From the human T2T-CHM13v2.0 reference genome, Homo sapiens, in the NCBI RefSeq assembly GCF_009914755.1, contig NC_060935.1: a DNA stretch of 64,000 nucleotides; one strand, 5' to 3'. A model generated the notes under the pieces. The model worked only from the letters and a program-made list of their open reading frames with translations. It did no database searches and was not told the origin of the DNA. The position numbers were made by a program, and so were the translations under genes. Below are positions 49,860 through 63,418 of this stretch, piece by piece; the stretch's first letter is position 1, and each line of letters starts with the position of its first letter.

Positions 49860-51548
49860 GTAGATCAAGTGTATTTTTAAAAGGTCATGTAACTGAGAAC
49901 TGTGGAGCTAACATCTTACTGAAGACATCAAGCTATTACAGGTTTTAAAGGGGAGATAGTTTTACATGTTATTATATTAAATGGTATTATGTTGGGTTTT
50001 TTATACGTACAAATAAAAACCTTGTCATTGCTTACAAAACTTCATAGTTGGTTATATTAATTTCATATGACTGTAGAAGTAATTCCCATAAACTATTTAG
50101 TATGTTAAAGCAATGCAAATCTGTTGTCTCAGTATCAGAAATTAAGAGTGGGTCAGTAAGGCTCTAATCCTTCTGTAGACTGGAGGGAGGTGCCAATTTT
50201 TGTTTTTTTCATTTTAAAGCTTTTAGAATGTGTTTCTCTAATCACAGCTCCTACTCTCCAGCTCGGACCCTCTTACCTCTCTCTTACAAGGACACATGTT
50301 ACATGGTTCCCACATTGGTAACCAAGAATCATTTCCGCACCTGATGATACTTTATTTGATCACATATTCAAAGCCCTTTTACCACATAGGGAATTTTGAC
50401 AAGATTTTTCCAGGGATAAGGAGGTAGACATCTTTGGGGAGCCAATATTCTGTTTACCACACTGCATGAATTGGTGCAAATTAACTGTCTTTCCTGGACT
50501 TCATTTTTCTTTCTGGGCAAGTAATAGATTCTACCATATACCTGAGGTCCTTCTAACATTCTATACTTACGCATTTATGATCAACAAATAGCAAATTGTA
50601 TTTTAACTTTTCTGCTTTGCTCTACAAAATTAACGTAGTCTAAGAAAAGACATACCAAAATATTATGTGATAAAGAATAGCAATGTGAAGAATCAGGTTA
50701 TGAGTGATTTTTTAATAGAATGTTAGCTCTAAAAATAATTGAGATGTTGAATGTTATTCTCCTTCCCACCCCTCATCACCAGTTGACGGTGCATTTGAGC
50801 ACTAGTCTTTTCTAGAAGATTTGTCAATCATATGTCTAGCTAATAACTAAAGTATCACAAACTCCAATATGTATCATACTATAGAATATGTTGCACATTT
50901 TTTAACAACCCATCAATGCATGAATTGCTGAATAATACATATCTGATGACAACAACAATAACAATGAAACATCTCTTTTTTTGTGTTTTTTCTGACTAAC
51001 GATTTCCTAATAAGAGTAAAACTACTAGTTGCTGTTGTTTTAATATTTGCTTATTTGTTTTTGTTGTGGTTTTGTTTTGTAATTCCAGTGGTCACTCAGT
51101 CTTCCATACTGTTTGTTCCACAAGGACTGTTCTTGACATTAAACGTTCCTTTGCTTTCTTTTAAGTGGAATGTGTTATTTTCTTTCACATTCAAATAAAA
51201 AAGAAAAGCTTTCTTTCTCCTTTGATTTAAAAAGAATGTACTATACTTGAGAAAAGAGTGAAACAGCTTTATTTTAAAATCCAGATGAGAAAAACAAAAT
51301 GCATCTTGCCAACACAATGCACATTTGTTAGCATGCCCTCAGTACAAAGACTTATCTACTGTGCTGTTTTATCTTGATATTGTATGATACAGGCTTTCCC
51401 CAAAAGTTAAAATATATTTTTGACATTTTGACTAAGAGATTAAAAGTGGTCTAAGAAGAACATTCATTTTTCAAAATGGTGATTTGTGCAACCTGTTGCT
51501 TGCCACTTATTATAACTATCAATTGATCTATTTTTGTATTCCCTCTGG
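49860..51548 (-). pseudogene. Relic AAA1 segments (interrupted by an MLT1 fragment)
   Basis: In order: FEK*MFFL, QMCIVLARCILFFS (cf. 'DLAKALAKQCVVFNC'), LEFVIL*LLARHM (cf. 'IELEVLSVVAQQI'), YVNFVEQ, PQVYGRIYYLP (cf. 'PGYAGRxELP'), FAPIHA, LWELLLQSY (cf. 'IAEIxLYSxG'), *PFKNTL (cf. 'RAVKSVL'). Confidence 0.75.
50102..50461 (-). mobile_element. MLT1-like LTR fragment
   Basis: ttgatcacatattcaaagccctttt...acatctttggggagccaatattctgtttaccaca terminus. Confidence 0.65.
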
Positions 51549-51595
51549 CTAAAAGAAACTGCTTTTTATAGCATTAATTTTAAAATACAATTATG

Positions 51596-54402
51596 GAGGA
51601 GTGATGTCAGCAAGATGGCTGACTAGAAGCCCCTAGTGCTCATTCCCCACACAAAGACAGCCAACGCAACAAATAAATAGCTACCCTTTGATGAAAATAC
51701 CTAAAGGAGAGCTCCAGAGTACATCAAAGGAATAGCAGAAACACTGTAGAGCACAGAAATCCAGGTTGGCCACACAAAATACAGACAGATACACATGACC
51801 TCTAACACCCAATTTCCCAATTGGTATCAGCTCAGACCCAGGATGGACTTTTCCCTGTGGGGCAAAAGTAAGCAAGAGGACCCCAACAACCTCCATCAAC
51901 ACTGTAGTCACCTACAGTCATTGCCAGTGAGGACTCTCACCATTGTCGCAGGCACTAAGCCCAACTGAGGCAGCTGCCTGAGGCTCACGCGACTGTGCTT
52001 CCCCCAGAGAAGAAGCCAATGCTCTGTCCAGTCCTCCAAGGCTGGCGCTGCCTATACTACACCATGCTGGAACCAGAGCCACTGCTGGAGTGTGTCTTGC
52101 TCCAGGGATGAGGAGCCACCGAACACTTTTCATCCTCAGGGCTTTGTCCCTGCAGTACCACACCCTCCTAGAGGTCAGCCATCCCCCAGCTGAGTTGCCA
52201 CTACCCTGAATACCCTAGGGCCAAGCTGCAGCGAAGCTGCTCCATCCATCCCTCCTAGGCACTGCTGCACCTTGCCCTTCAGGCCCTGAACAATATTGGC
52301 ATCCTGCTTTCTGGAGAAATAGTGCCTTGGCTACCCAGAGCAGTCATACATCCTAGCACCAGAGCTGAAGCAGCACCCCACTTTAGAGGGAATCATTGCC
52401 ATAGCTCCCTAGGGTCACAACCCTCTATAGCCTGAGCTGAAGTGGTACCCTAGCTACTGGAAAATTGGTGCAACTCAGAGCAGTCACCCTCCCAGCTGCC
52501 TGAGCAGAAGCAATGCTCTGCCTCCCGGGGAATCTTTACCAAGACTCCCTAATGTGGTCTTATTTCCTGGAACCTGAGCTGAAGCAGTTCGCCACCTCCC
52601 AGGGAGTTGGTGCCTTGGACAAGCTGAGCAGCCACGCCTGCCATGGCTGAGCTTTCATGGCACCCTGCATCCCAGGGACACAGAGCATTCATTGATCTGG
52701 GATACTTTGTCCTCCAGGGCAAAAAAGGTGGCACCCTGCTGCCCTGGAACTGGACTAGGCCCCCAGAGCCTGAGGTGCTAAGGCAGCTTGCCTTTCCAGA
52801 GAGTGGGTTCATTGCTGTGCTGCTCCCTGGCCTCCGCAGTCCAAGCCACAGCAGTGCTCCACCATTAATGAGCCTTTGCTACTGCTACACCCAGCTTCAC
52901 AGAAGCCTAGGATTATCCCAGGGTCCGGAATGACCACTGTATGTTACTTCATCCCCCAGGGCCTGAGTTGCTGCTATGCCCTATTGGCTTCAGCTTCCAA
53001 ATTACAGTTGTGCCTTATTCCTCAGGGCCCAAACCTAAAGAGCACTCCTCCCTCTCAGAAGTCAGGCTAATGCTGTGCCCTGCCCCCAGGGTTAAGGTCC
53101 TAGCTACAACCAAACCTCCTGGGCCCAAGCTCTTGAGGTGTCCTTAGTATCACAGAATTTAGCTTTGTGGGCAATCTGCATCTACCCATGCCTCAAAGAG
53201 TAAACCTGCACCCCAAGTCCCAGATTCAAGAGTAGGTTTAGGAGATCCTGATCCCAGCACTCAGGCTTCATAGCTACTCTGAGTACCTGCAACCAGGAAC
53301 CCAGTGCCACCACGGCTGCTTGTGGGCCATGTAACACCCAATGCCAAGAAGCCACAATATAAAATTTGGAAGAGGTGACTTCCAGCAGATGTGCAGGGAT
53401 CAACACAGGGACACAAGAAACATAAAAAAGCAAGGAAACATGACATAACTGAAAGAACATAATAATTTTTCAGTAACTCCATCCTCCAAAAAATTTATTT
53501 AAAGGGAAATGAAAATCAAAACCACTATGAGATATTACCTCACACTTATTAAGATAGCTATTATCAAAAAGAAAAGAGATTATAAAAGTTGGTAAGGCTA
53601 TGAAGAAAAGATAACCCTTGTACACTGCTGATGGAAAAATAGATTGATGTAGCTATTATCAAAAACAGGATGGTGGTTCCTAAAAAAATTTTAAAAAATT
53701 AAAAAATAGAGTTGCCATATGGCCCAGCAGTCTCTTTTCTGGATATATACGCAAGAGAAATAAAAATACCACCACATAAATATATCTACACTCCCATGTT
53801 CATTGCAGCTTTAAAACACATAAGTGTCTGTCGACAGAGATAAAAAAAACTGTGGTATAGATATATAATGGAATAGTATGTAGCCTTAAAAAAGGAGCTC
53901 CTGCCATTTGCCACAACATGGATGGACCTAAAGGACATTATGCTAAATTAAATAAGCCAGACACAAAAAGAAAAATACTGTATGATATTGCATGATCGAC
54001 TTATATGTGGAAATTTTAAAAATAAAATAAAATAAAATATAAGAGAGAATAAAACAGTAGTTGCCAGGGGCTGTGGGAGTAGGTGAGAGACTGGGGAAAT
54101 GTATGTCAAAGGATGAAAAGTAGCAGGTGTAGGATGAATGAGTCTAAAGATCTAATGCCCAATGTGTGAACAATACTTAATAATAATGTACTGTATTCAG
54201 GATGTTTGTTAAATAAGTAGATTATGGCTGTCCTTGCCATGGAGGGATATGAGTAACTGTGAGATGATGGATATGTAAATTTGTTTCACTATAATAATCA
54301 TTTGGCTATATATATGTGTGTGTGCGTGTGTGTGTGTGTATGTACATACACATCTTATAAGATGTTGTATACCTTAAGTGTATACAATAAAATTTATTTA
54401 AA
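51596..54402 (+). mobile_element. L1MA-like element with 5'UTR joined to ORF2 end/3'UTR (internal deletion)
   Basis: Starts gatgtcagcaagatggctgactagaagc; GC-richer repetitive 5'UTR; jumps at ~53500 to gggaaatgaaaatcaaaaccac; TSD-like aaaata(c/a)aatt(a/g)tg at 51582-51595 and 54403-54416. Confidence 0.75.
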
Positions 54403-54419
54403 AAAATAAAATTGTGAAA

Positions 54420-55540
54420 TACACATTCAGAGAGAAACAAAAGCTTTTAAAAATGTTATTGTCTTCACTGCAGTTGGTTAATGATTTAAGGAAAAAAGTT
54501 ATGAGAAATGGTAAAAACTAAACAAAATAAAATACAATTATGGTAAGCCAATATGTACACATGGTATGTTCAGGTACATAATGGTAAATGCCACATACTT
54601 TGTGATCTTTGTCACTGGGGACAAATTTATAAACATATTAGCATTTGTGGTTTTAATCATAAGCTGTGCTTTTCATTGTCCATGTTATTTTAAGCTTTCA
54701 GAAGTAATAGAGCTCTGCAATGGCGTAATCTCCTTCCCACCAGCCTCTCACCGTAAGATGTATTCTGGGCTAACAAACTGATGTTCGTTGAAACTAGGAA
54801 GGAATGAATTTAATAATAAGATTTCAACTGGATGATGAATATACTTAAATAATTTTGCTTTTGTTTGAATTTAACTGGTTTTAATTACACTCTGCCTTGC
54901 TTTATCTAACAGTGGTGCTTTGAAGTCAGACTTGAATAAAGAATTCTGAATTACTCTTTCAAGAATATCCTGATGCATATATCAACCTCAGTAAATTTGG
55001 ACTTTTTTCTCCCTCAGAATAATACATGTCCTACTATGTTGGAAATTCAATTAAATTATATATTAAATGTGTTCTATAACTAACTGAATTCATCATGGTG
55101 TCAGTTATTAGTAGATATGAAATAACAAAAAAAAAATCAAAGGTTATTGAACAAAAAGTCATATTTTTGGAAGTCTTTCCAAACATTTTCTAGCTTATTT
55201 TTGTTCACAATTTTTACTTAAAGTTCTGATAAAAGTGTTTTTTAGTCAGTTGCCTTGTTGAAAAGTCTCTTGTTTTGGGAACTATGGCCTTTAAGAACAT
55301 ACACTACTTTGATGGTAAAGATATACAATTTAATACTTGAAGTAAAATAACAACTGGAGCAATAGTAACTAATTTGGACTAGGACATTAATCAGTCCTGC
55401 AGTCTTTGGCAAAGTGACTCCACTGTGTGTGCCCCTCACAGTGAGAGAGCCTCTTCAGTTCTAGAACCCGTTGACACAAGAGTCCATTTCATGAAAACTT
55501 ACATCTTCTACAACTTAACTGGGTCATTAGCAATTAAAGC
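54420..55540 (-). pseudogene. Relic linker segments
   Basis: GLINVLVQISYYCSSCYFTSSIKL (ungapped to 'GLNxYLExKRxxFPRFFFLSNxEL'), MYYSEGEK at 55027-55004 (cf. 'MxSxEGExV'), PS*..RIHLT, LSPVTKITKYVAF. Confidence 0.75.
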
Positions 55541-56415
55541 TACACAAAATAATTTGATACAAAATTTTCCTTTTGGTTCATCCTTTCATTGGGTCTTAAT
55601 CACTTTTATGTAACAACATCTTATTTTTTGTAGGTTGGGGAGGCTATAGAAAACATGTTCATTGTAGAATGCCTAGGAAAAGCAGAAAACTAAAAATGAA
55701 GAATTTTTCATTACCCATAATTCTCCTTCTTAGGGGTAACTGCTATAAATTAAATTGTTTGCGCAAGAAAAATGTTAAATTCAAAACTGATATTACATTA
55801 TACTTCCATATTTTTCTTCTTTTATTCTTATCTAATATGTAAAGAATATTAGTATTACATGGTGTGGTTTTATAACAATTAATAAATCTTCTATAAGAAT
55901 ATATTACATCATTTCAAATTTTTCAATATATTAAAAATTCTGCAATATACATCCTTGTGGAGAATTCTTTTTTAAAAATGTATTTCTTTAGAATGAATCA
56001 CTAAAAGCAGACTTGCTGAGACAAAAATTATGAAACCTTTTAAGGAGCCCAGTGCATTTTGCTAAATTACCCTCAAAGAATTTTTCCAATACATACTCCC
56101 ATTAGAAAATTTTTGAGTATATCAACTACCCAAACCTTCCAAATGCTACATGAAGTCATTTTGAAAATTTACACAAATTAGTAGTGTAGATAATGTTATC
56201 TGAATTTTTAAATTTCATTTCTCTGCCAACTAGGGAAGTAGAAGACATCTTGACTCAAAAAAAAAAAAAGGAGTTACTGTAATTTGGGGCAACTAAGAAA
56301 TATATACACTATGAGAAAATTTTACAGGTCAGAAACGGAGTCTTAGGAGTAGTTCATAGCAAAGAGAGTACAATGTCCTGGAGATATACTTTTAAAAAAT
56401 GATGTAGGATTTTTC

Positions 56416-57319
56416 TGTCACTTATCAGCCAGAGACCCCCGGCCAGTGACGCCCTTGCCCAGTCCTGGACTCCAGCGTGGGTCCTGGGGTCACTGCAACA
56501 GCCTGCTCAGCTCCCGGTGGGAGGGGATGTGTGAATAAGTGAGTGTGGGGTCCAGTCCGCCGTTCCAAGTGCATTCACAGAGGCAGGCTCCGTGCAGTGC
56601 TTGCGGCTGGACCAGGCGTGTTGCAAGCCACTCCCGTGGTGGACTCTCGTGTCCAGGCAAGGGGAAGGCAGTGACGCCCAGGCAGGGGTGCCCGTGACCC
56701 TGAAGCCCCAGAGGGGGTGTTACAGAGCACTAATGAGCTCTTTTAGTCCAGCTGTCCTCAGCTCTATCAGCCCTTGTCCCGCTCTGGCCTACAACTCCTG
56801 GGCCTGGCTCAGCCCCGCCACTGCTTCCATCGTGTGGGGCAGCTGCCCCCACCAGCGGAGGGCAGAGAGCCACGAGGTTACAGCCTTCTTTGTGCCCACG
56901 CTCAGTGGGTGCCGAGTTCTTGTCCCACGTCCAAGAAGGATGAGATCACACTGACGAGAAGAGTGAGGAAGGCAGAGAACAATTTTATTGAGCAACAAAA
57001 CAGCTCTCCGTGGAGAGGTGACACCAAGGTGAGTCGAACACCTGAATTTCGTGATTTTTTTTCTCTCTCAAGTGTGGCTGGGTCCGGGACTTTTATGGGG
57101 ACAGAATGGGGAGGATCAGGCCCTAGGTAGCTTTGGAAAAGGTAATATTTGATGGGTTAAAAAGCATTCAGAAAGAACGAATCAAGAAAGAGCAGACAAC
57201 CAGGAATAGAAGTGCTTACTCTGGGTTGCAGGTTTCAGACTGTTTTTGGCTTAAAGGTGGGGTTTCACTGGAGACCCGCCGCTGTCTGCCCAGAATCTGT
57301 CTGCTTCCTGCCACTATCA
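56416..57319 (-). mobile_element. MER52-like LTR
   Basis: Reverse complement starts tgatagtggcaggaagcagacagattctgggcagacag..gtgaaacccc; GC- and CpG-rich. Confidence 0.8.
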
Positions 57320-57414
57320 CTAACTTACAGTTATTTATTTATTGAAGCCTTTTCGTCAATGATAAGAATTGGATGAGACGCCTTCACTATCAACATTTAG
57401 GGGGGTCAGTCCCT

Positions 57415-57640
57415 TTTAACTTTTATTTTAGATTCAGTGGGTACATTTGCAGGTATGTTACATGGATCTTTTGCATGATGCTGGGGTTTGGGGTATGGGT
57501 AATCTCCTCACACAGGTAGTGAGGATAGCGCTTTGTAGGTCGTTTTTCAGCCTGCACTCCCCTCCCTACCTCCTCCCTCTAGTAGTCCCTAGGGCCTCTT
57601 GTTCCTGTCTTTATGTCCATGTGTAGTAGATGTTTAGCTC
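57415..57640 (-). mobile_element. Old L1PA (PA15/16-like) 3' fragment
   Basis: ttttattttagattcagtgggtacatttgcagg..gcatgatgctggggtttggggtatg. Confidence 0.75.
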
Positions 57641-58149
57641 CAGGGCAGGTGACATACAGGAAATCTCTGTACCTTCTACTCAGTATTGCTGTGAACCTAA
57701 AGCTGCTATAAAAAAAAAATGTCTTTTACTGAATAAAAATTTAATTGGCAATACATTTATTTTGTACCAAAAAAAGAAATTGTGATAGCAAAGGAATCAT
57801 ACCTGAATAAACAATATATTCACTCACTTAAAAAAAAATTATCAGGAAGCATAAACCAATAGAGGTTCTACTTGAAGCCAAAGCGATGAGTCTTTACTAT
57901 CACCCACCACCGTGCTTCTTTTTCTGCATTCCTCACCCCTGAGGAAAATCTGAGACGGTTCTGGAGCTACCAAAGTAGTGTCGCAGGGATCAGCTGTTTG
58001 AGGGCTGAGAGACTCATACTTTTTTCCTTTGCAGCGTAGCAGAGGAAGAAAAACAGGCCTTTCAAACAAAATTTTCCCCTGAGGAAGGGAGCATAACTTC
58101 CAAATCAACAACAACAAAAAATGATGCTGATGTTAGCATCTACACATGC

Positions 58150-58352
58150 TCGCAGCACAGCTTTAAGACTATATATATATACACACATATATATACATAT
58201 ATATACACATATATATACATATATACATATATACATATATACACATATATATACATATATATACATATATATACATATATATACATATATATATACGTAT
58301 ATATATATATACATATATATATACGTGTATATATATATACATATATATATAT
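58150..58352. repeat. (TA)/(TATACA)n microsatellite at an Alu tail
   Basis: ~200 bp alternating purine-pyrimidine tract. Confidence 0.95.
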
Positions 58353-58626
58353 TTTTTTTTGAGACGGAGTCTCGCTCTGTCGCCCAGGCTGGAGTGCAGT
58401 GGTGCGATCTTGGCTCCACCTCCCGGGTTCACGCCATTCTCCTGCCTCAGCCTCCCGAGTAGCTGGGACTACTGGCGCCCGCCACCATGCTCGGCTAATT
58501 TTTTGTATTTTTAGTAGAGACGGGGTTTCACCGTGTTAGGATAGTCTCGATCTCCTGACCTCGTGATCCGCCCACCTCAGCCTCCCAAAGTGCTGGGATT
58601 ACAGGTGTGAGCCACTGCGCCTGGCC
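58353..58626 (-). mobile_element. AluY-like with small internal deletions
   Basis: gagacggagtctcgctctgtcgcccagg...gccactgcgcctggcc. Confidence 0.93.
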
Positions 58627-59853
58627 AGGAATATGTTTTAAATAGTTGTGGAAAAGCTGCATTTTCTTTTTTAATATTTTGTGGCTTTAAAAATGAAAGA
58701 ACAATTAGAAAATCAATCTGACTTGAAAACTCATCAGGTGGGAATTAAGTCAATCAGATATTCTAAACAGTTAGGGTAAGCAACCCACTGATCTGTCTCA
58801 TTCACACATAATTTTTGCCAGTTAGCACTGCCCATTGGGTATGTGCCACTAAACATTATGTCAGAATACAATGATCTATATAATATAAGGAGAGAACTGT
58901 GCGATTGCTTGGCTAAGCCAGAGGCAAAACCCAGGAGTTCCTGTGTCACATCTAACACTACAACCTAGGTCAGCCAACAAAATGATGGTACCGTATTTAT
59001 GTTTTAATTTGTTTACAACATTAAAAAAAGATATTTCATAAAAAGATACATTTCTGACTTCTCTTGAGCAATTTGATAATTATAGGCTTGAAGTTTTATG
59101 TAGCAAAGATCAGCTGTTGCTGAGAAGAGTCTCTCATCTTTACACAAGGCGTGCCTTTCCATTTACAATTCCTACCACAATTTACTGCCTCCCTGATATG
59201 GAGACAGAATGTCAATTGTCATCTGTCATTTTACTCATGGCCCATTTTACATCCTTTGTATTACTTTTTGGACTTTGTAAGCATCTGAATTCATGATCCT
59301 AAGCTGATACCACTCAAGTCATTTACCAGTGAATCTGGAAGAAAAATAGTAAAGAGTACCCTCAAACTTGAAATAATGTATTTTTAGATTGCAGCAAGAT
59401 ATAATCCGATTAGGAAAGTTTTAATGCATCCATTAATTCATTCATTTACTCTTTGTTATGTAATATTTATTGAACACCAACTACGCACTTGACAATGTGT
59501 TGGTTGTTAGATATTGCAGTAAACAACATGGGCATTGTTCCTTATGCAGAAATAAAAATTACAACTTTGATGAAGTACAGAAAAAAATGTATCATTCTAT
59601 GAAATCATGTAAGAGAGGAAAAAGAATTTTTAAAAGAGGGAAGCAAGTCACCTATGTCCAAATAAGCTAACCAAATAATAATAATGTGACTGAATTATAA
59701 TTGAGGAATAAGAGCTAACAGAATAAATTCTACAAATAGATCTGAAAATTACATAAGAATACACTAATATGAAAAAAGAACAGTTACTAGAGCCAATAAC
59801 TGATACTAAGAAATAAAATGTTCCCTGTGCCTCTGGATGGGGTAGAATGTATA

Positions 59854-59857
<4 letters not shown>

Positions 59858-59913
<56 letters not shown>

Positions 59914-60031
59914 GCATATATATACACACACATATATATACATATAGAGACATATATGTGTACACACATACATCTCTCTCTATATATACAGACATATATA
60001 CATACATATATATGTACATATACATACACAC
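59858..60031. repeat. (TA)n(CA)n compound microsatellite
   Basis: Perfect (TA) run of ~21 units followed by a CA/TA mix. Confidence 0.95.
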
Positions 60032-60904
60032 AAAGATATCATTATTTGGCAGTAACTAAGTTAAATGCATCATCTTATTTAATTCTCTTGACTCCTTTAT
60101 TAAGCAGGCAATATTACTATTCATCTGTTTTAGACATGAATCCATTGAGGCTTAGAAAAGTTCATGTTAATTAAGGTCATATATTAAATGGTAAAGCCAG
60201 GTCTCAAACCCAAATTCTGATTCTAAACTGTAAAAAGGAAATTAACACAGAACTGAAACATTTTATCAAATTTTCCCATGACCTATATGGGATGTCTCTC
60301 AAACTAATCTAGTCTGCTTTGTTAACAGTCCAGACACATCAGCAAAACTCATACCAAATTATTCAAATGCTTATACAGTCTGATCCTGGAAAACATGGTG
60401 TCCTAGATAGTAGAAATGCCATCCAGTTCATGAGGGAAAGCATATCCCAGTATGAATTCCAGAATTGGCATGGATTTATGTAATCACTTGTTTTTTTTCT
60501 TGGTTGCATAAGTTGATATTCCAGAGTTTAATCAACTCTGGTTGGGTTGAAATTTCAAGTTACTGAACTAGCAAAGTTTGGAAGTATTGGGCTTATTTCT
60601 AAGTTCAGCAACAAGTGAGAGTCAAACAAGTTAAACAGATGTAGATCAAAATGCCATTTAATTATGAAACTTTTAAAGGTATGAGGCTTTACATCTGCAG
60701 GTATTTTGGCTTGGTGCTACTTACTCTTCTGCATAGTTACAAGCATAACTAGGACTGCCTGCAGCATCAGGCTTCTTTTCAGATGGTGAAAAGTAGTCTA
60801 GAATGCACTCCCTGTACAGTGGGCTAGCTTTGAAAGACAGAACCTCAAAGGGGTTCAGTCATGCATGCCTGGTTATGCTTCTACACTGACTGCAGGGGTT
60901 CACC

Positions 60905-61192
60905 TGTCTTAGTTTACTTAGTGGTAGAGGAGGCCAGAAGAAAAGTGTGAGAGGGAAATGAATTCTGCTAGAATCCTGAATAAGCCTAGAAGAAGATTTT
61001 CCCCAGTGCCTCCAGATAAGAGCCCAGGCTAGTTAACATCTCAAGTTTGACCTTGTGAGACCCCAGGCAGAGAACCAAGCCTAGCCCACTTGAACTTTTT
61101 GCCTGGAGAACCTCTAAGCTAATAAATGGGTGTTGTGTCAAGGGGCCAAATTTGTTGTAATTTCTTATGACAGCAATAGAAAATGAATGTGC
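60905..61192 (+). mobile_element. MLT1-like LTR fragment
   Basis: gcctccagataagagccc..ttgtgagaccccaggcagagaacc..aataaatgggtgttg..cagcaatagaaaatgaa. Confidence 0.7.
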
Positions 61193-61409
61193 ATCCCAAC
61201 CACTAACAAGAATCACGTCCTGAAATATGGCAGCTTAAGTAAGGTAAAGTCAGCTAGACATTCCTAAGTGGACACCATTCTCCTACTTACTTATACTTAC
61301 TCTACAGCTTCACTCCTGGGTTATTAATAAATAGGTCACGCATCCAAATAACAAAAATCCTTCTTTCTCAATATAAAAATGATTGTTATTTAAAAAAATA
61401 CTATTTCAA

Positions 61410-61693
61410 GGCCAGGCGCGGTGGCTCACGCCTGTAATTCCAGCATTTTGGGAGGCCGAGGCGGGCAGATCACAAGGTCAGGAGATCGAGACCATCCTGG
61501 CTAATACGGTGAAACCCCGTCTCTACTAAAAATACAAAAAAATTAGCCTGGCGTGGTAGGCGCCTGTGAGAAGCTGAGGCAGGAGAATGGCAGGAACCCA
61601 GGAGGCGGAGCTTGCAGTGAGCCGAGATGGCGCCACTGCACTCCAGCCTGGGCGACAGAACGAGACTCTGTCTCAAAATATATATATGTATAT
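61410..61693 (+). mobile_element. AluY-like with internal deletion and (TA) tail
   Basis: TSD atactatttcaa at 61398-61409 and 61694-61705. Confidence 0.93.
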
Positions 61694-62365
61694 ATACTAT
61701 TTCAATAAGAATAAATAAAAACAATGAGCCCTGAAAATAATCCTACCACCCAAGGATAAATATTAGCAAGATCTTAGTATATAGTTCTTTTTCAATACAA
61801 ACAAAATCAAATCGTGTATCCTGCTGTATAATCTTCAATAAATCATGACTATGCTCCCATACTAGAAAATGTATTTTTAAAAAACAATATTTTGCTGGCT
61901 TTATATTAATATATAATATGCTTGAATAATTTTTTCCTTTTACTGTTTTATTTTTGTAAATAAACATGTATTTAACAAAACATTTATACTTTGAATTTTA
62001 AAATCTTGAAATATAATTTAAAATTCAGTATGAATCCAGTTTACATGATGAAAAATTTAATATGGGCAAACTTACACTAAAGATGAAAGTGACCTCATGA
62101 TCTTCGATATTAGTTGACATTTGGAAAAATATTTTATTACATAAATATAAAGACAAAACACTTTGGTTACTTAATTTTACACATACCAATGTAAAAGAAT
62201 GAAGACAGAGAGAGGAGAGAAAACAACTAGTACAATAAGACAGAATAGTAAAATGGATATATGATAGCAGAAGTTAAATACACTGGTATAGTTCAAACAT
62301 GAAACATGTTTCATTGTATGGAAAAAGAGCATTATGTATATAATGTGCAAAATTATCATCATTAA

Positions 62366-62707
<342 letters not shown>

Positions 62708-63091
62708 TAATAGTAGCTACCATTTTACATTTAGGAACCTTATATTTAGAATCCAGATTGTAAATGTCTAAGTAATTTTTGTGTAAAAAAGAAAAGACTT
62801 AGCTACTTAATTGTCAGACTATATGCTATGGTTATTATTTTAAATTTCTAAAGTAATATGTTGTCCATCATGGGATTCAGGTGTTTTGTTAATATGCACT
62901 TGTTGATAAAATGTGTAGTGCATAGCAGAATGCCTAGGGACACATTCCACTTTATTGATTGACTCGATTATGATGGTGCAGACAATAAATCTTTCACAAT
63001 AAGGAATATTTATTGTTTCATCTACAGACAGCAAAACCAAAGGATTAACAGCATTAGAATCAGATTCATGGCCATTGTAAAAAAGAGGGTA

Positions 63092-63418
<327 letters not shown>

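Larger units (their letters stand above)
58105..58975 (-). pseudogene. Relic DHC_N2 exon split by an Alu and TA microsatellite
   Basis: LDVTQELL..RSLY..NWQKL..DQWVAYPNCLEYLIDLI (cf. 'SPF..WExKL..DEWLxVQxxWxYLExIF'), KENAAFPQLFKTY, [Alu], [11 protein letters not shown]. Confidence 0.7.
59300..61390 (-). pseudogene. Relic tail/DHC_N2 segments
   Basis: YIEKEGFLLFG with a gtaagt donor at 61300; KSMPILEFI[shift]LMNWMAF at ~60410-60480; YFKFEGTL at ~59350-59375. Confidence 0.45.

Noticed and set aside
52300-52800. Recurring ctgagctgaag units as a CRISPR-like array
   Set aside because: They are irregular, degenerate L1M 5'UTR repeats in a primate context with no cas genes.
58105-60174. YI/HT-rich ORFs
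   Set aside because: They are microsatellite and Alu read-through artefacts.
62840-63040. Further dynein tail exon
   Set aside because: It is a unique open frame, but I found no recognisable motif or convincing splice pair.
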